Shown here: in pieces, positions 24,646-35,173 of the stretch | How positions within the stretch are numbered: the first letter of the stretch is position 1 | Layout: each line of letters opens with the position of its first letter | NCBI GenBank assembly: GCA_910592345.1 | Contig: CAJVPI010000173.1 | Coordinates: forward strand, 1-46,291 | Reading direction: 5' to 3' | DNA from: Paraglomus brasilianum | Taxonomy: Eukaryota | Length of the DNA stretch: 46,291 nt | Made by a program: the position numbers and the translations under genes | Notes under the pieces: model-generated | The model's database searches: none | Told to the model about the DNA's origin: nothing | The model's input: the letters and a program-made list of their open reading frames with translations, nothing else

Positions 24646-26491
24646 AGCCTCATTGTTGTAATATTCCTAATATTTCACGTCCATTAAGGTTGTTTAATTA
24701 AATATTATTCATAACCGATCGACTCTTGATGAAGTAATCGTTATACAGACTATGTTTGATCTTACCCATTTATGTTACCGTTCTCGGGACATAGGGAGAG
24801 TACAATATATCGAGTGCATAAATGTTATGTCCAATCGCGCACAATGGAACCGCCACTATATCATTGAGTGGCTTGTGTGACCCGTTTTTTAATTTGTACA
24901 GTGGCTAATTGCAAAGTGGTACTACTATTTAATGTGTTACTTAGAAAACTTAAAAAATTTAATGACTGGAGACGTTTGAATCAGACCACCAACATTCCTG
25001 GCAGCGGTCGGGTATGCATGAATTGCGGCTCTGGTGGGGTACTTAACTGTCTTACTGACTGGTATATTATTCTTTTAGAAATCAGCATCTCTTACAGCCA
25101 GCGAATTAAATTTAGAAAAAGCACTCTACAATTTGACAGCACCAATTATGTACCAATTAACGCTCATAATAATAACGCTAAAAAGTCGCTGTGTAAATTC
25201 ACGTACATATTCTACATGCATACGTCTTTGTCTGCATTGGTTACATACACTATGAAGTCTACGGAAAGAGGAAAATCGGCTGTCTTGTCTATATTTTGCG
25301 TTTCACGGTAGGCAGGGCGTCGAATGTCAAATGCGTAAGCGGCAATAGTTTGGCCACTATAGTAACAAGAATTAATAATAATAATAATAATGATAATGAT
25401 GATAATAAAGTCAACATGACACGATAATATAAACGAGTAAAGAGCACTAGTATATTGTCATTTATCTATTTGTAAACTTTGTAACAAAAAATTTGTTAAA
25501 CTAATAAATATATTTGAGTATATAGTAGCATATTTGTGTCAAGTCTAGAATCGTTTGATGAAAATATATCCTGGTCAGTAAGCTTTTTTTTTTTTCTGAA
25601 AAATACATTGTGTATTTATTGTCAACCATCAAAGTAAAAAAAAAATGGTTTCCTTACTAATAATGTAGTTATGTTCAAAGCCGTTTTCCTTAATAATTAT
25701 GTTTAAAATAGATTCTTTTGTTTGGAGCGGTTTAAAATAATGAGATTAGTCTGTTCAATATCTACATCTATTTTTTGAGCATTGTACACATTTTGGTTCT
25801 TAAATTATTAATTAAACGTACAAATACGTAAAGCAATGCTTGAAGCATTGTCCAGCCATAGTTACAGATAACTGTAACAAAACACACTACGCAGTACTGA
25901 GTAACAAAATTTCCAATTGGTTAAAATAATAATCTATCATATTTCTTTGTGATTTTATTATCCTGTCATTCTGCTGTATTCGTAAACAGTGCAACGCATA
26001 TTATTATGCTCTACATAATGAAAAACGGCCGTAAATTGTAAAATTTAAAAATTATTTTGTTATATGGTACGTATCTAGTATACAGAGATTTAATATTACA
26101 CCGCATAGATTCGGTTCAATATCCAACAATATTTATCCCAACTCATGCAGCTCAAAATGTTCAATGCTTTTTCCTGGTAGCTATTCATTTAACAATTATT
26201 AAGCAGGGCTGAATTGGCTTCGTACTACATTTTAATGAGATCGATATTTTAACAAAGTTGTGCGCAACTTTAATTAAGATGCAAGACACTTACGTTTTCT
26301 GCTTTTAATTAGACACAAGCTTCCTTTGGTCGATAATATTATCTAATGAATATAACACTATGTCGTGTCTCTAATAATACCGAAAGATTAATTTATACGT
26401 AAATTTAAATGTAAACATGGGGAAATTTTTTTCTTACATTTAAAGTCTTCTTATTATATATACAAACGCCCAATATTCACAATTTTACGAC

Positions 26492-27427
26492 TCAAAGTGT
26501 GCTCCGAATATTTGCTGCCTCTATATATTTGTTTATTTCTGCCGCAAGATTTTCTATAGCCTTTTTAGCAGAGTCGGTTTTTCCCTTCCAAGTCTTGCTT
26601 GCGAATTCGCTAATATAACATTGAAAGCCACCATTCCGGAATTCCCTTTTCTTATAATCTAGGTTTTTGGATAAGAGTGCACGGTATACCATAAATGGAT
26701 TAACATGCTTCTTACCCTTTCCCCGCCTTCGCCACACCCTAATTATGTTGCGGATCTCGTTTTCCGACGATGGCAATTCAAAACGAACAGTACAGTCTCC
26801 CCGGACTGCCCAAATTTCGCCACCGATAATATCGAGTTCGGCCTTGTCACTTTCGCTTGAGTGGTGTGTGCGAATGGTGGCATTGTTGGTTGAAACGGTT
26901 GTATTCGTTTCACTATTTTCTACTGGTTCGTTGTTTAAACCAATGTCGTAGATAGTGTGGCTAGGATAATTGTTGATATAGACGTTGTAGCTGTAGCAGT
27001 TGCAGTTGTAATTGTAATTGTTGTGGTTGTAACTGTTGCCATCATAGTCGCTGTTGTCGTTGTAATAAATTGGATACTTTGAAAAGTGGCGAACAAAGTA
27101 GTAAATGTGATTGGGAGTGCAACTGAAAGAGCCATTGTTATCACTGTAGATATAGAAATCTTCGTGGTTGGGATACATGTTGCACCTAGTTATGGACTTC
27201 AATTCCTCCTCGTTCTTCACGTACTGTACAGTATGACTACCATTGTTGCACTCGGAGATGTAATGTAGGCTTTGGCTAAAGGGGTGAGCAATAAAGTAAA
27301 GAGCATTCCCAATGTGACAAGGGTTGGACACGTCGCAATAGTATTTGAAGTCTTCGCCGTTGTTAATGATATGATTTTCATTGTCCAAGTAAGAGCGGAG
27401 ATTGGGATCAGAAATGTGAAATGACAT
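26492..27427 (-). CDS. HMG-box protein with C-terminal HMG box and an internally repeated Tyr/Asn/Cys/His-rich N-terminal region, ~311 aa
   Basis: KKHVNPFMVYRALL...FQCYISEFASKTWKGKTDSAKKAIENLAAEINK, preceded by IWAVRGDCTVRFELPS. Confidence 0.85.
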   Translation of the reverse strand: MSFHISDPNLRSYLDNENHIINNGEDFKYYCDVSNPCHIGNALYFIAHPFSQSLHYISECNNGSHTVQYVKNEEELKSITRCNMYPNHEDFYIYSDNNGSFSCTPNHIYYFVRHFSKYPIYYNDNSDYDGNSYNHNNYNYNCNCYSYNVYINNYPSHTIYDIGLNNEPVENSETNTTVSTNNATIRTHHSSESDKAELDIIGGEIWAVRGDCTVRFELPSSENEIRNIIRVWRRRGKGKKHVNPFMVYRALLSKNLDYKKREFRNGGFQCYISEFASKTWKGKTDSAKKAIENLAAEINKYIEAANIRSTL

Positions 27428-28359
27428 ATTCAATGTGATCAATTTAAATTGTCCTTTTGTAAGCTGTGGACAACAAGTTTAAACAGTGCAATTCAGTACG
27501 AAAGCTTAAATATCCATATGCTATACTTATCGGTATAACTGGGGAGTAAAGTAATGAAAAAAAAACTACTCACCAAATGGTGCGCTCAAAATTAGTTTTG
27601 ATCCATTTGCTTATTATTTAAGTTCGATGTTTGTCTTTATTTAATATTAATATCTTATTTTACTTACTTTTTTGGATGTGTTCGGAAACTCGTATCCGAT
27701 CTCATGACATAAAAACGATACTGCGTGAAGTTGTGCTACTAACTATTTAAATCTTGACAAAAAAATACAATCAACCATAACAAGGTTTAAAAGCGTTATT
27801 CCTAACACTTACAACGGAAACATTCGGGTCTTTCCGGAAAGTCAACCGACGCTGCGGTGGGAAAACCCGATCAGTATTCACCTCTATTCACTAGTTGATT
27901 TGTGTATGTCAACTGGAACAAAGAAGTTGTGTCTAATAGAAGTTAGCGAACTGACTTTTCGACCATTTTAATAAGCAGGATATTTGCAAGAAGAATCAGG
28001 CTAGTCCTAATTTATATCGGAGGCAAAAAATGCTCTGAATTCCAAGATTATCTCAATAAAGATAAGATTCTCATTTGTTTCAGACAGTACGACGACTTGG
28101 CACATTACTGGAACAACAAAGTCCATTGTTGACATTCCTTGAGATTATTTACATATCAGTACATTTGAAGTAAACCCTTTTTTATATTTATTTTACATAA
28201 AAATATACACGCAAGTACTACTACATGGGGTAAGGCGTTCGCACATCAATCAGATACTTCAGTCCAAGCTAATCAAAGATTTATGCTATCAATCAATTAC
28301 TGATGACTTATTAGTATTAGTTATGCAAGCTGACAAATCAAGCAAGGAATGTCGAATTA

Positions 28360-29099
28360 CAGTTCTACCTCAGTTATATCCCCCACGCTTGTATCCCAAC
28401 CTCAGTTATATCCCAGATATATCCCTATCCGTAATCCATTCCTCGTTTATACCCCCCCCTTAATATTAATTATATTAAGCAAATGTATTAACCATATATG
28501 TGTCATTGTATTACACAATAAATCATGTCATCTCTATATGTTAGAACATGTCGATTATTTGCTTCATTTGGTTAGTCACAATTCTCGATACAGGTAAAAA
28601 ATCAAGTCACTAATTCAACGTCGAGACATAAATCAGGCCACATAATAAAATCAGGCCGTAAATCAGGCCGTACATTAAGTCAGGAAATAAATAAAAGACA
28701 GCAATTTCCAAGTTCAAAAATCAAATTACCAATTGTCAGTCTTATTAGTGTTAAACCATTGCTCATCGAAGAAATTCTTCTGACTGAAGATGTCTTACAG
28801 CAGACACAAGCAGATATGGAAGAAAATGTAAGTGAAGGGGATATCCATAAAGGTATGAAGAGAAGCGACGGTCAAGAATTTTTTAGAACAAAGAGAATTT
28901 GCAACAGAAAATGATATTAGATACATGCGCAATATAATTCGTGAATGGTCGAAACATCAAACGTCACTGATAGAATTTATTAACCAATAAAATTGCATTA
29001 TATTATCTATTGAAACGCCATACCTTAGTTATATCCCACCTCAGATATATTCCCAAAAAGCTTGGGTCCCAACATGGGAATATAACTGAGGTAGAACTG
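28360..29099. mobile_element. Non-autonomous Tc1/mariner-pogo-type TIR element, 740 bp
   Basis: TIR CAGTTCTACCTCAGTTATAT at both ends with TA on each side; internal AATCAGGCC repeats. Confidence 0.88.
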
Positions 29100-29651
29100 T
29101 ACATAGAAAGCTGTAACTTTCATAAAGATAAATAACAACTTGAGCAAAATATGCTTAGAAATTTGGCTCCTGCCATGCACCAACTTCATGTTTTACGAAA
29201 CAATGTTAACTGTTGATGCTTGTATGGTGGGGGACACAAGTACGCATCAACCACTTTCAATGCCCACGCATCATTTGGTTTAATCTCTATCGATTTGTTG
29301 AGATCAATTAGTGTCAAGGGGGATCGTTACTAAACATGTCAATGGTAATAAATTTTAAATTTTCTAAAATTGGATCAGGAAGTCTTATGACTTATTTTTT
29401 TGACAGCAAATTCTGGTCTTTTCAATCCCTTCCGATAGCAATCCATAAATCGTTTGCTCTCTCAACAGCGTTAACACTGATGTAGTTGAAAAAATCAAGC
29501 AGCGTCTGTCCATTTTCCTGCGCCGCATTAATGTGGTGTTGTTCTTGACCTTTTTGTATATGTTAATGGACAATTTGATCGGGGGAAATTGCCATGTTTT
29601 GAACCAATATTTTAAACAAGTCTTCAGCCTCATCATTCAATCTATCACCAT

Positions 29652-29777
29652 TGGACTGAGATGGCTGAGTTCTGGGCCGAGACAACTAAAATGTCTGAGT
29701 TCTGGACCGAAACAACTGAGTTCTGGACTGAGATGACCGAGTTCTAGACTAAGATGGTCTCGAACTGAGGTACAACA
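29652..29777. mobile_element. One end of a Ginger-like MITE family member, with ~20-bp subterminal repeats
   Basis: Tandem GAGACAACTGAGTTCTGG(A/G)C-like units ending in GAACTGAGGTACAACA. Confidence 0.7.
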
Positions 29778-30224
29778 TTTTCACTATTCCTGTGTTGTCT
29801 TCTCCAATTTGCATCTTCAATAAAATAATCATCATTAATAACAAAATCAATGGGTACTGTGCTATAAAGAGAAATTTGGCTTTCTCTTTTTCCTAGCAAG
29901 CTCGCGACAGAATTATGTGTGTTTCGTGGTCTACCTATTGTCAAAAAACGAGAAAATTTTGTCTTTTATTCAACAAATGATTTCCTTTTTTGTTAAGGAT
30001 TTAAGAAATCGGCTTGCATTAAGATTAGATTTGCCCAAATAACCGAACTTTGAAAAGTTATATCTCAAGCCACAGGTAATATTTGTCAAATTTCTAAACG
30101 TCAAGTGTTAATGTTTATCAAGAGGAACAAATTGACGGTTTTAAATTTTGAATTATTAATGCAGAAATTCTTGTATTTTCTTTGAAAAGTCTCAATTTTT
30201 GTTTGATGCGTACTTGTGTACATG

Positions 30225-30385
30225 GGCAAACTCGAGAAGTCGGACCTGGCTGGCTGCCCGACTTATCAAGGAAAATCTGACTTACCTAGAGAGAAAAGGG
30301 CGACTTATCGAGTGTCCGACTTAGCAAGCTTACGAATTAGCGTCATCCGATTACACAGTCAACCTCGTTAATCCGAATCCCATAT
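30225..30385. mobile_element. Remnants of pogo-type TIR elements
   Basis: GGCAAACTCGAGAAGTCGG and repeated CGACTTATC motifs related to the 32166 element; TIR-like CAGTCAACCTCGTTAATCCGAA at 30356. Confidence 0.5.
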
Positions 30386-30924
30386 TTCTGGTTCTAATTT
30401 CATTTGTCAATAATAAAATTACCTCGATTATTCGAAATTTTATAATAAATCACTGTAATCCGTAATCCAAATCTAGTTGCGAGAAATGGCATATTAAATA
30501 TTACCCTTTAATCCGAAGATTAAAAATCTCATCAGTTAATAAGCACATATCCGTTATATGGTGTATATGTTTACACATATATCCTACCGCTTATAAATAA
30601 TAAACTACTGGTTTATAATAATAACAATAAAAATCTTTATTTTAATTACTATTTTATTCACAAAAAAAAAAGAAGCCTCATTTGATAAATATCCTTTACA
30701 AAGTGCTTGTTACTTACATATTATATACTAATAATATAGACTTTGCATAAAACTTGTATGTTTTACTAACAAATTGGTAGAAGTTGCCAAACACTTCTGT
30801 CAAAAAGATGTATTTATCACAGACATAAAATAAATGTTATTTTCAAAATAGTGACAGACTCTTGTAGGACATTGCTTCATTTGCCAATGCTCAGTCGTCT
30901 GTGGTAATTTTTTTTTTCGATATA

Positions 30925-31113
30925 CGGTCAACTCTGTTTACACCGAACGGGTTGGCATAGCTCTCTATGTCCTTCCGAAACCGGTATATGGAAAGTTTAT
31001 AAGAGACTCTGGTATAAATAAAGAATTTTCATATGAAACGAACGGTGCGCAAGAATCGGTCCGTCCGGTATAGAGAGATTCCGATACACTTCCTGTATAA
31101 ACAGAGTTGACTG
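30925..31113. mobile_element. pogo-type MITE, 189 bp
   Basis: TA|CGGTCAACTCTGTTTACAC ... GTATAAACAGAGTTGACTG|TA. Confidence 0.85.
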
Positions 31114-32165
31114 TATATAATTGATTACCTGAACAATTTCCACGCAGAATTTTTATCATTAATGTACTTCTCATTTTAGGAGTTGTTTTTTTAATAGTTA
31201 ATCAACCCAGCCATTATCTCCAGTATTCAGCAACAACTGATGCGCGTACAGTAATTAAAACGGACGATAAAAGTGCATGCACTGTTTTGGCCCAGAGCCA
31301 TCGGTAAATATTAAACAGTAATTTAGTAATACTTATGCTTGTTGTGTTTAGTTACCATATTTGTGATAACTACCATGATAATATATAATAAAGTGAGAAA
31401 CTCCACTCGTGTTATTCGATTTAATATATTGATAATATTATAATTGTATGTTAACAGATTGTGTGTAGGCAAAATTTTGGGCGCTTTCCCCGGGAGTTTT
31501 TGTAGTCAACTTTAAGGTCTAATATCAGACACCATATGGATTCAAACAGAAATTGTTTAATAGATACTCTTTTTTTTTTTTTGCGTATATACATATAATT
31601 TATAGAAAATTAAGGCTCGTGAATTTACTAGATACTATTAGTAAATATATCATCTATTATTAACTTCGTTACTCATTGTATCAAGCATGAAACAATCTAG
31701 ATTTTTTATTTAGAATTTCCTTGTCTCCATCAAGGGGTTTGATAATACTGTTACGAGGAACTTTTATCCATAACAAAGTGCTCGCTAAAGTCCAGTTTAA
31801 GGTTGATGTGAAGTCGTCGGGCCGACCAAAACAGTCATGTTATCGAGAGCTCATTATAACGAAAATCGTTTTATAACAAAGTTTATATTTGAGTAACATT
31901 ACTGTATATCAAGAAATAATTTCTTTATTAACAAATTATTTAAATTACACTATTTTGACTTAGTAAGAGTAACCCACTTATTACTAATCGCACTTCTTCT
32001 ATCATTCATCTTTTTCTTAATTGTCGTGTCGCAAACGAGTCAAAAAAAAATTGTTAATTGGTTTAATTTAATATTAATATGACTATGACGATAAATTGAT
32101 TACCAATTATAGTGATTACACACTTCGTTAAATCGAGATCGTTTTCCTAATCTTGGTTCTACATA

Positions 32166-32991
32166 GGCAGACTCGATAAGTCGGTCGACATATGTAAAGT
32201 CGCGATATGCTGTAAGTCGGCCAACATTCTTTAATGCTATATATGTAAATTACCCTCGATAAGTCGGTCTCACATGATATTCGGAGAATATCATTACTAT
32301 TTCAGTACAGTTGATCATATAAATTTTTACATCTTATTAATTATTATTATACTGTAACGCTAATATAAAATACTTGTGTAAAGATAGGATAGATGCATTT
32401 GTCGATTTCAGGAATATGGAACTGAGATTCCTACTTTAAATATTATCGACTGGGTTGCAATCGCTTATTGATCAAATGGTCGTTGATTATTCCGTCATGA
32501 GAGGAGAAGACCATATTGAAATTGACAGTACTTTAGAAACAAACGATATTCCTAATAATAATGAAATTATTGCAGCCGTCCAAGAAGCTCCTGAACACCT
32601 TTAGCGTTCAATCGTAGGTGTAAAACAAATAAAGAACGCAAAATTCCAAGAAGCTCCTGAGGATAAAGGAGAAGATGACGACAAAAATGAGGTTTTTATG
32701 GTATCTAACAAAGTTGGCTTTAGAAAGTATTCAAAATTTATATGACTATTTGCAGCAGAATAACAAACAGTTTATTATTTCAGGGTTAAGAGACTTAAAA
32801 TGGGAAATTGTAATTGTGAAGAAGCGAACGGATTCTTTGATACAAACGAGCATGGATATTTATTCAGAATAATGGTTTTTCATCTAACGATTCGCTTTCT
32901 ATAAAAATAAATTTTTACTAAATTAGTCACGTGGATTCGATAAGTGGTCTACCAAGCCACAGCCATCCGTGGCCGACTTATCGAGTCTGCC
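32166..32991 (+). mobile_element. Internally deleted pogo/Tigger-type element retaining a decayed transposase C-terminus
   Basis: TIR GGCAGACTCGATAAGTCGG at both ends flanked by TA. The internal frame ALESIQNLYDYLQQ...LRDLKWEI...IQTSMDIY resembles the Tigger/CENP-B-type transposase tail. Confidence 0.82.
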
Positions 32992-33029
32992 TATTGCTAT
33001 GTATATAACTCACACAAAAACATTATTAT

Positions 33030-33151
33030 AGTGTTATATCGCGAGTTGTAATTATCCTCACTATATCGAGCCTAATTTTTATTATAACTGACTTGGTTCC
33101 AGAAAAAACCTCAACATATCAGGGGATCTGTTTATATATCGAGAGTGACTG
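33030..33151. mobile_element. Solo end of a pogo-type TIR element
   Basis: Repeated TATATCG motifs ending in TATATCGAGAGTGACTG|TA. Confidence 0.45.
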
Positions 33152-34014
33152 TAACAAATAATTCACGTGACAAGTTGTCAATTAGGTAATTGTAAGCCGA
33201 TTGGGAGTAAATTAGTTTATCCGGTCACTTTATGACACGATCATAATAAATTTTCTTGTACATAATAATTTATTTATTACACACCACAGCATCGGATCTA
33301 CAGGCTACAGCAAATGTTCAGTCGCTTATTTTATAAGTCACACTATTGTAAGATGGCCATTATCGGAGATTGCCTAATGATTTCTTGGGCAAAAGCCCGA
33401 TCCGTGTGAATTCTTAATCACCATAAGATGTCTACCCACCAATAATAGTATACACAATATTAATATATAAAAGATATTAATACAGAACCGATTGGTTTAA
33501 TATTGAAGGTCTTATTCTACGATTATGTATTGCTTCCAATAATTCACACTAGCGCTTAATGGTTCTACGCTTTTAAAATGTGCAAATAATGGAAATAATA
33601 ATTGGCCGAATTGAAGGGACGATCCCGGGTCCAAGAAAATTCCGACAATTGGCGAGTAACCAAAAATAGTCGTGATATAATAGATTTTGGTCATCCATGG
33701 CCATTTTTAGATATCCATTTATGAGCTTTCATTGAACAGATGCAATAGCTTCGTTGAGAAGTCTTTGACACAACTTGCACCTCGATCAGCATTTATCAGT
33801 ATACTCCTGCATGAACCTTTGTATCATTGAAATTGAGAACAGTTAAGGTATTTGGTTAATTTTACTTTGACCTTTTTTTAATTGAATCATAGCGTCGTCG
33901 TCGAGAAAAAAAGCAAAATAATAAATTAATTAACCAACTAGACATTAATATTAAACCAACAAATGGTTGGCAAGGTCTCACTAACAAAATATGTGAGTTT
34001 TGTTATTAAGTGTT

Positions 34015-35173
34015 TTAAATAGTATGCCGTAAATCTGTCACGAGATCGATTGGCTGATAAAAAGAAGGAACGTTCATAACTGTTGATGGTAGTAATATTT
34101 GTCCATAAGTTGCTGTACGATTGCCCAAAACTTGTGCAGGTGGTCTTATTGGTGAAGTAACATATCCATATTGTGAGTGTGAGGCTTGATAAAGTGGTGG
34201 TCTATGAACAAGGTAGGATAAGTCTTGCTAAAAAGAGAATATAGATATTTCGTATTAATATGAATGAACGTCAATTAAATTATAATTTGGATATTAATTA
34301 ACGCGATGCTTTTATGGATGAACATACAAAAGGTCCAGGTGTAAATTGTGACCAAATACCCGATACATTGCCACCAGACAACACCCTAGTCCGAGTATTG
34401 TCTTGAGACGCATTATTATTAGAAGTATTATTTCCATTTATACCATGCAATTGAAGATTAGGCTGGTGTTGACTTGGTTGATATTGTTGGTAACGTTGTT
34501 GAAACTGCTGAAGCTGCTGATCCTGCTGGTCTTGTTTTTTACTATATTTTGCAGCCGCAACTCTTTCATCAACTTTGTTAGTTTTACTTTCTTCGTTAAT
34601 GCTTCTCATAAGTTCATCGCCTCTTTTTATATAATCTTCACAATTTCCATTAATTTCACCAACCACCTTCACTTTACTCGATCTCTGCTTTCTAACCTTC
34701 TGGATTTGTGATTGATTCTGCTGTCGTCGTCGCTGTATACCGGGATTAACATGTACAAATTTCTCAGCATATTTCGACCACTTGGCCTCAACGGTACTTC
34801 TTAACTTGGCAAAGAAAGTTTTTATTTTGGTATTCTCGAATACTTGACTAGAAAGTTTGGATATTTTTGTCCAGTCAGGCTTGTGTAGCAAGCATTGAGC
34901 AATATGGCATTCTGGCCAGTCTGTTTTGGAATCATTGAGCGACATGCGAAGAAGGAGAAAGCTGTTCGTACAATTATTACCAGAACAACGGCGTATAATG
35001 CTTTCTGAAGAGAGAGGGCGGAGTAATATATCATGCGAGCAAATATTACTCCGGACGTTAATACATATAGAGTCTATCCATATATATGATACTACAGTCT
35101 GTGGGAAATGCGGAGATGGAGGAGATGGAGGAGGAGTAGAGAGTGGTGGAGAGGAAATATTTTCCGTTGTCAT
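34015..35173 (-). CDS. Divergent HMG-box protein type Z3 with Cys-rich loop insertion; exons 35173-34328, 34227-34015; ~352 aa
   Basis: CTNSFLLLRMSL...WPECHIAQCLLHKPDWTKISKLSSQVFENTKIKTFFAKLR, upstream ICSH and a Gln-rich tract. The GTATGT..TTTTTAG intron (34327-34228) joins to an open Pro-rich exon. The helix-2 Trp is replaced by Phe. Confidence 0.78.

Noticed and set aside
24868..25311. 147-aa ORF containing CMNCG
   Set aside because: GTG start, no HMG pattern and no similarity to the CxxC genes beyond a chance motif.
29652..29777. CRISPR-like array from the ~20-bp repeats (also 911-991 and 3207-3314)
   Set aside because: The repeats are contiguous without unique spacers, the context is eukaryotic and there are no cas genes.
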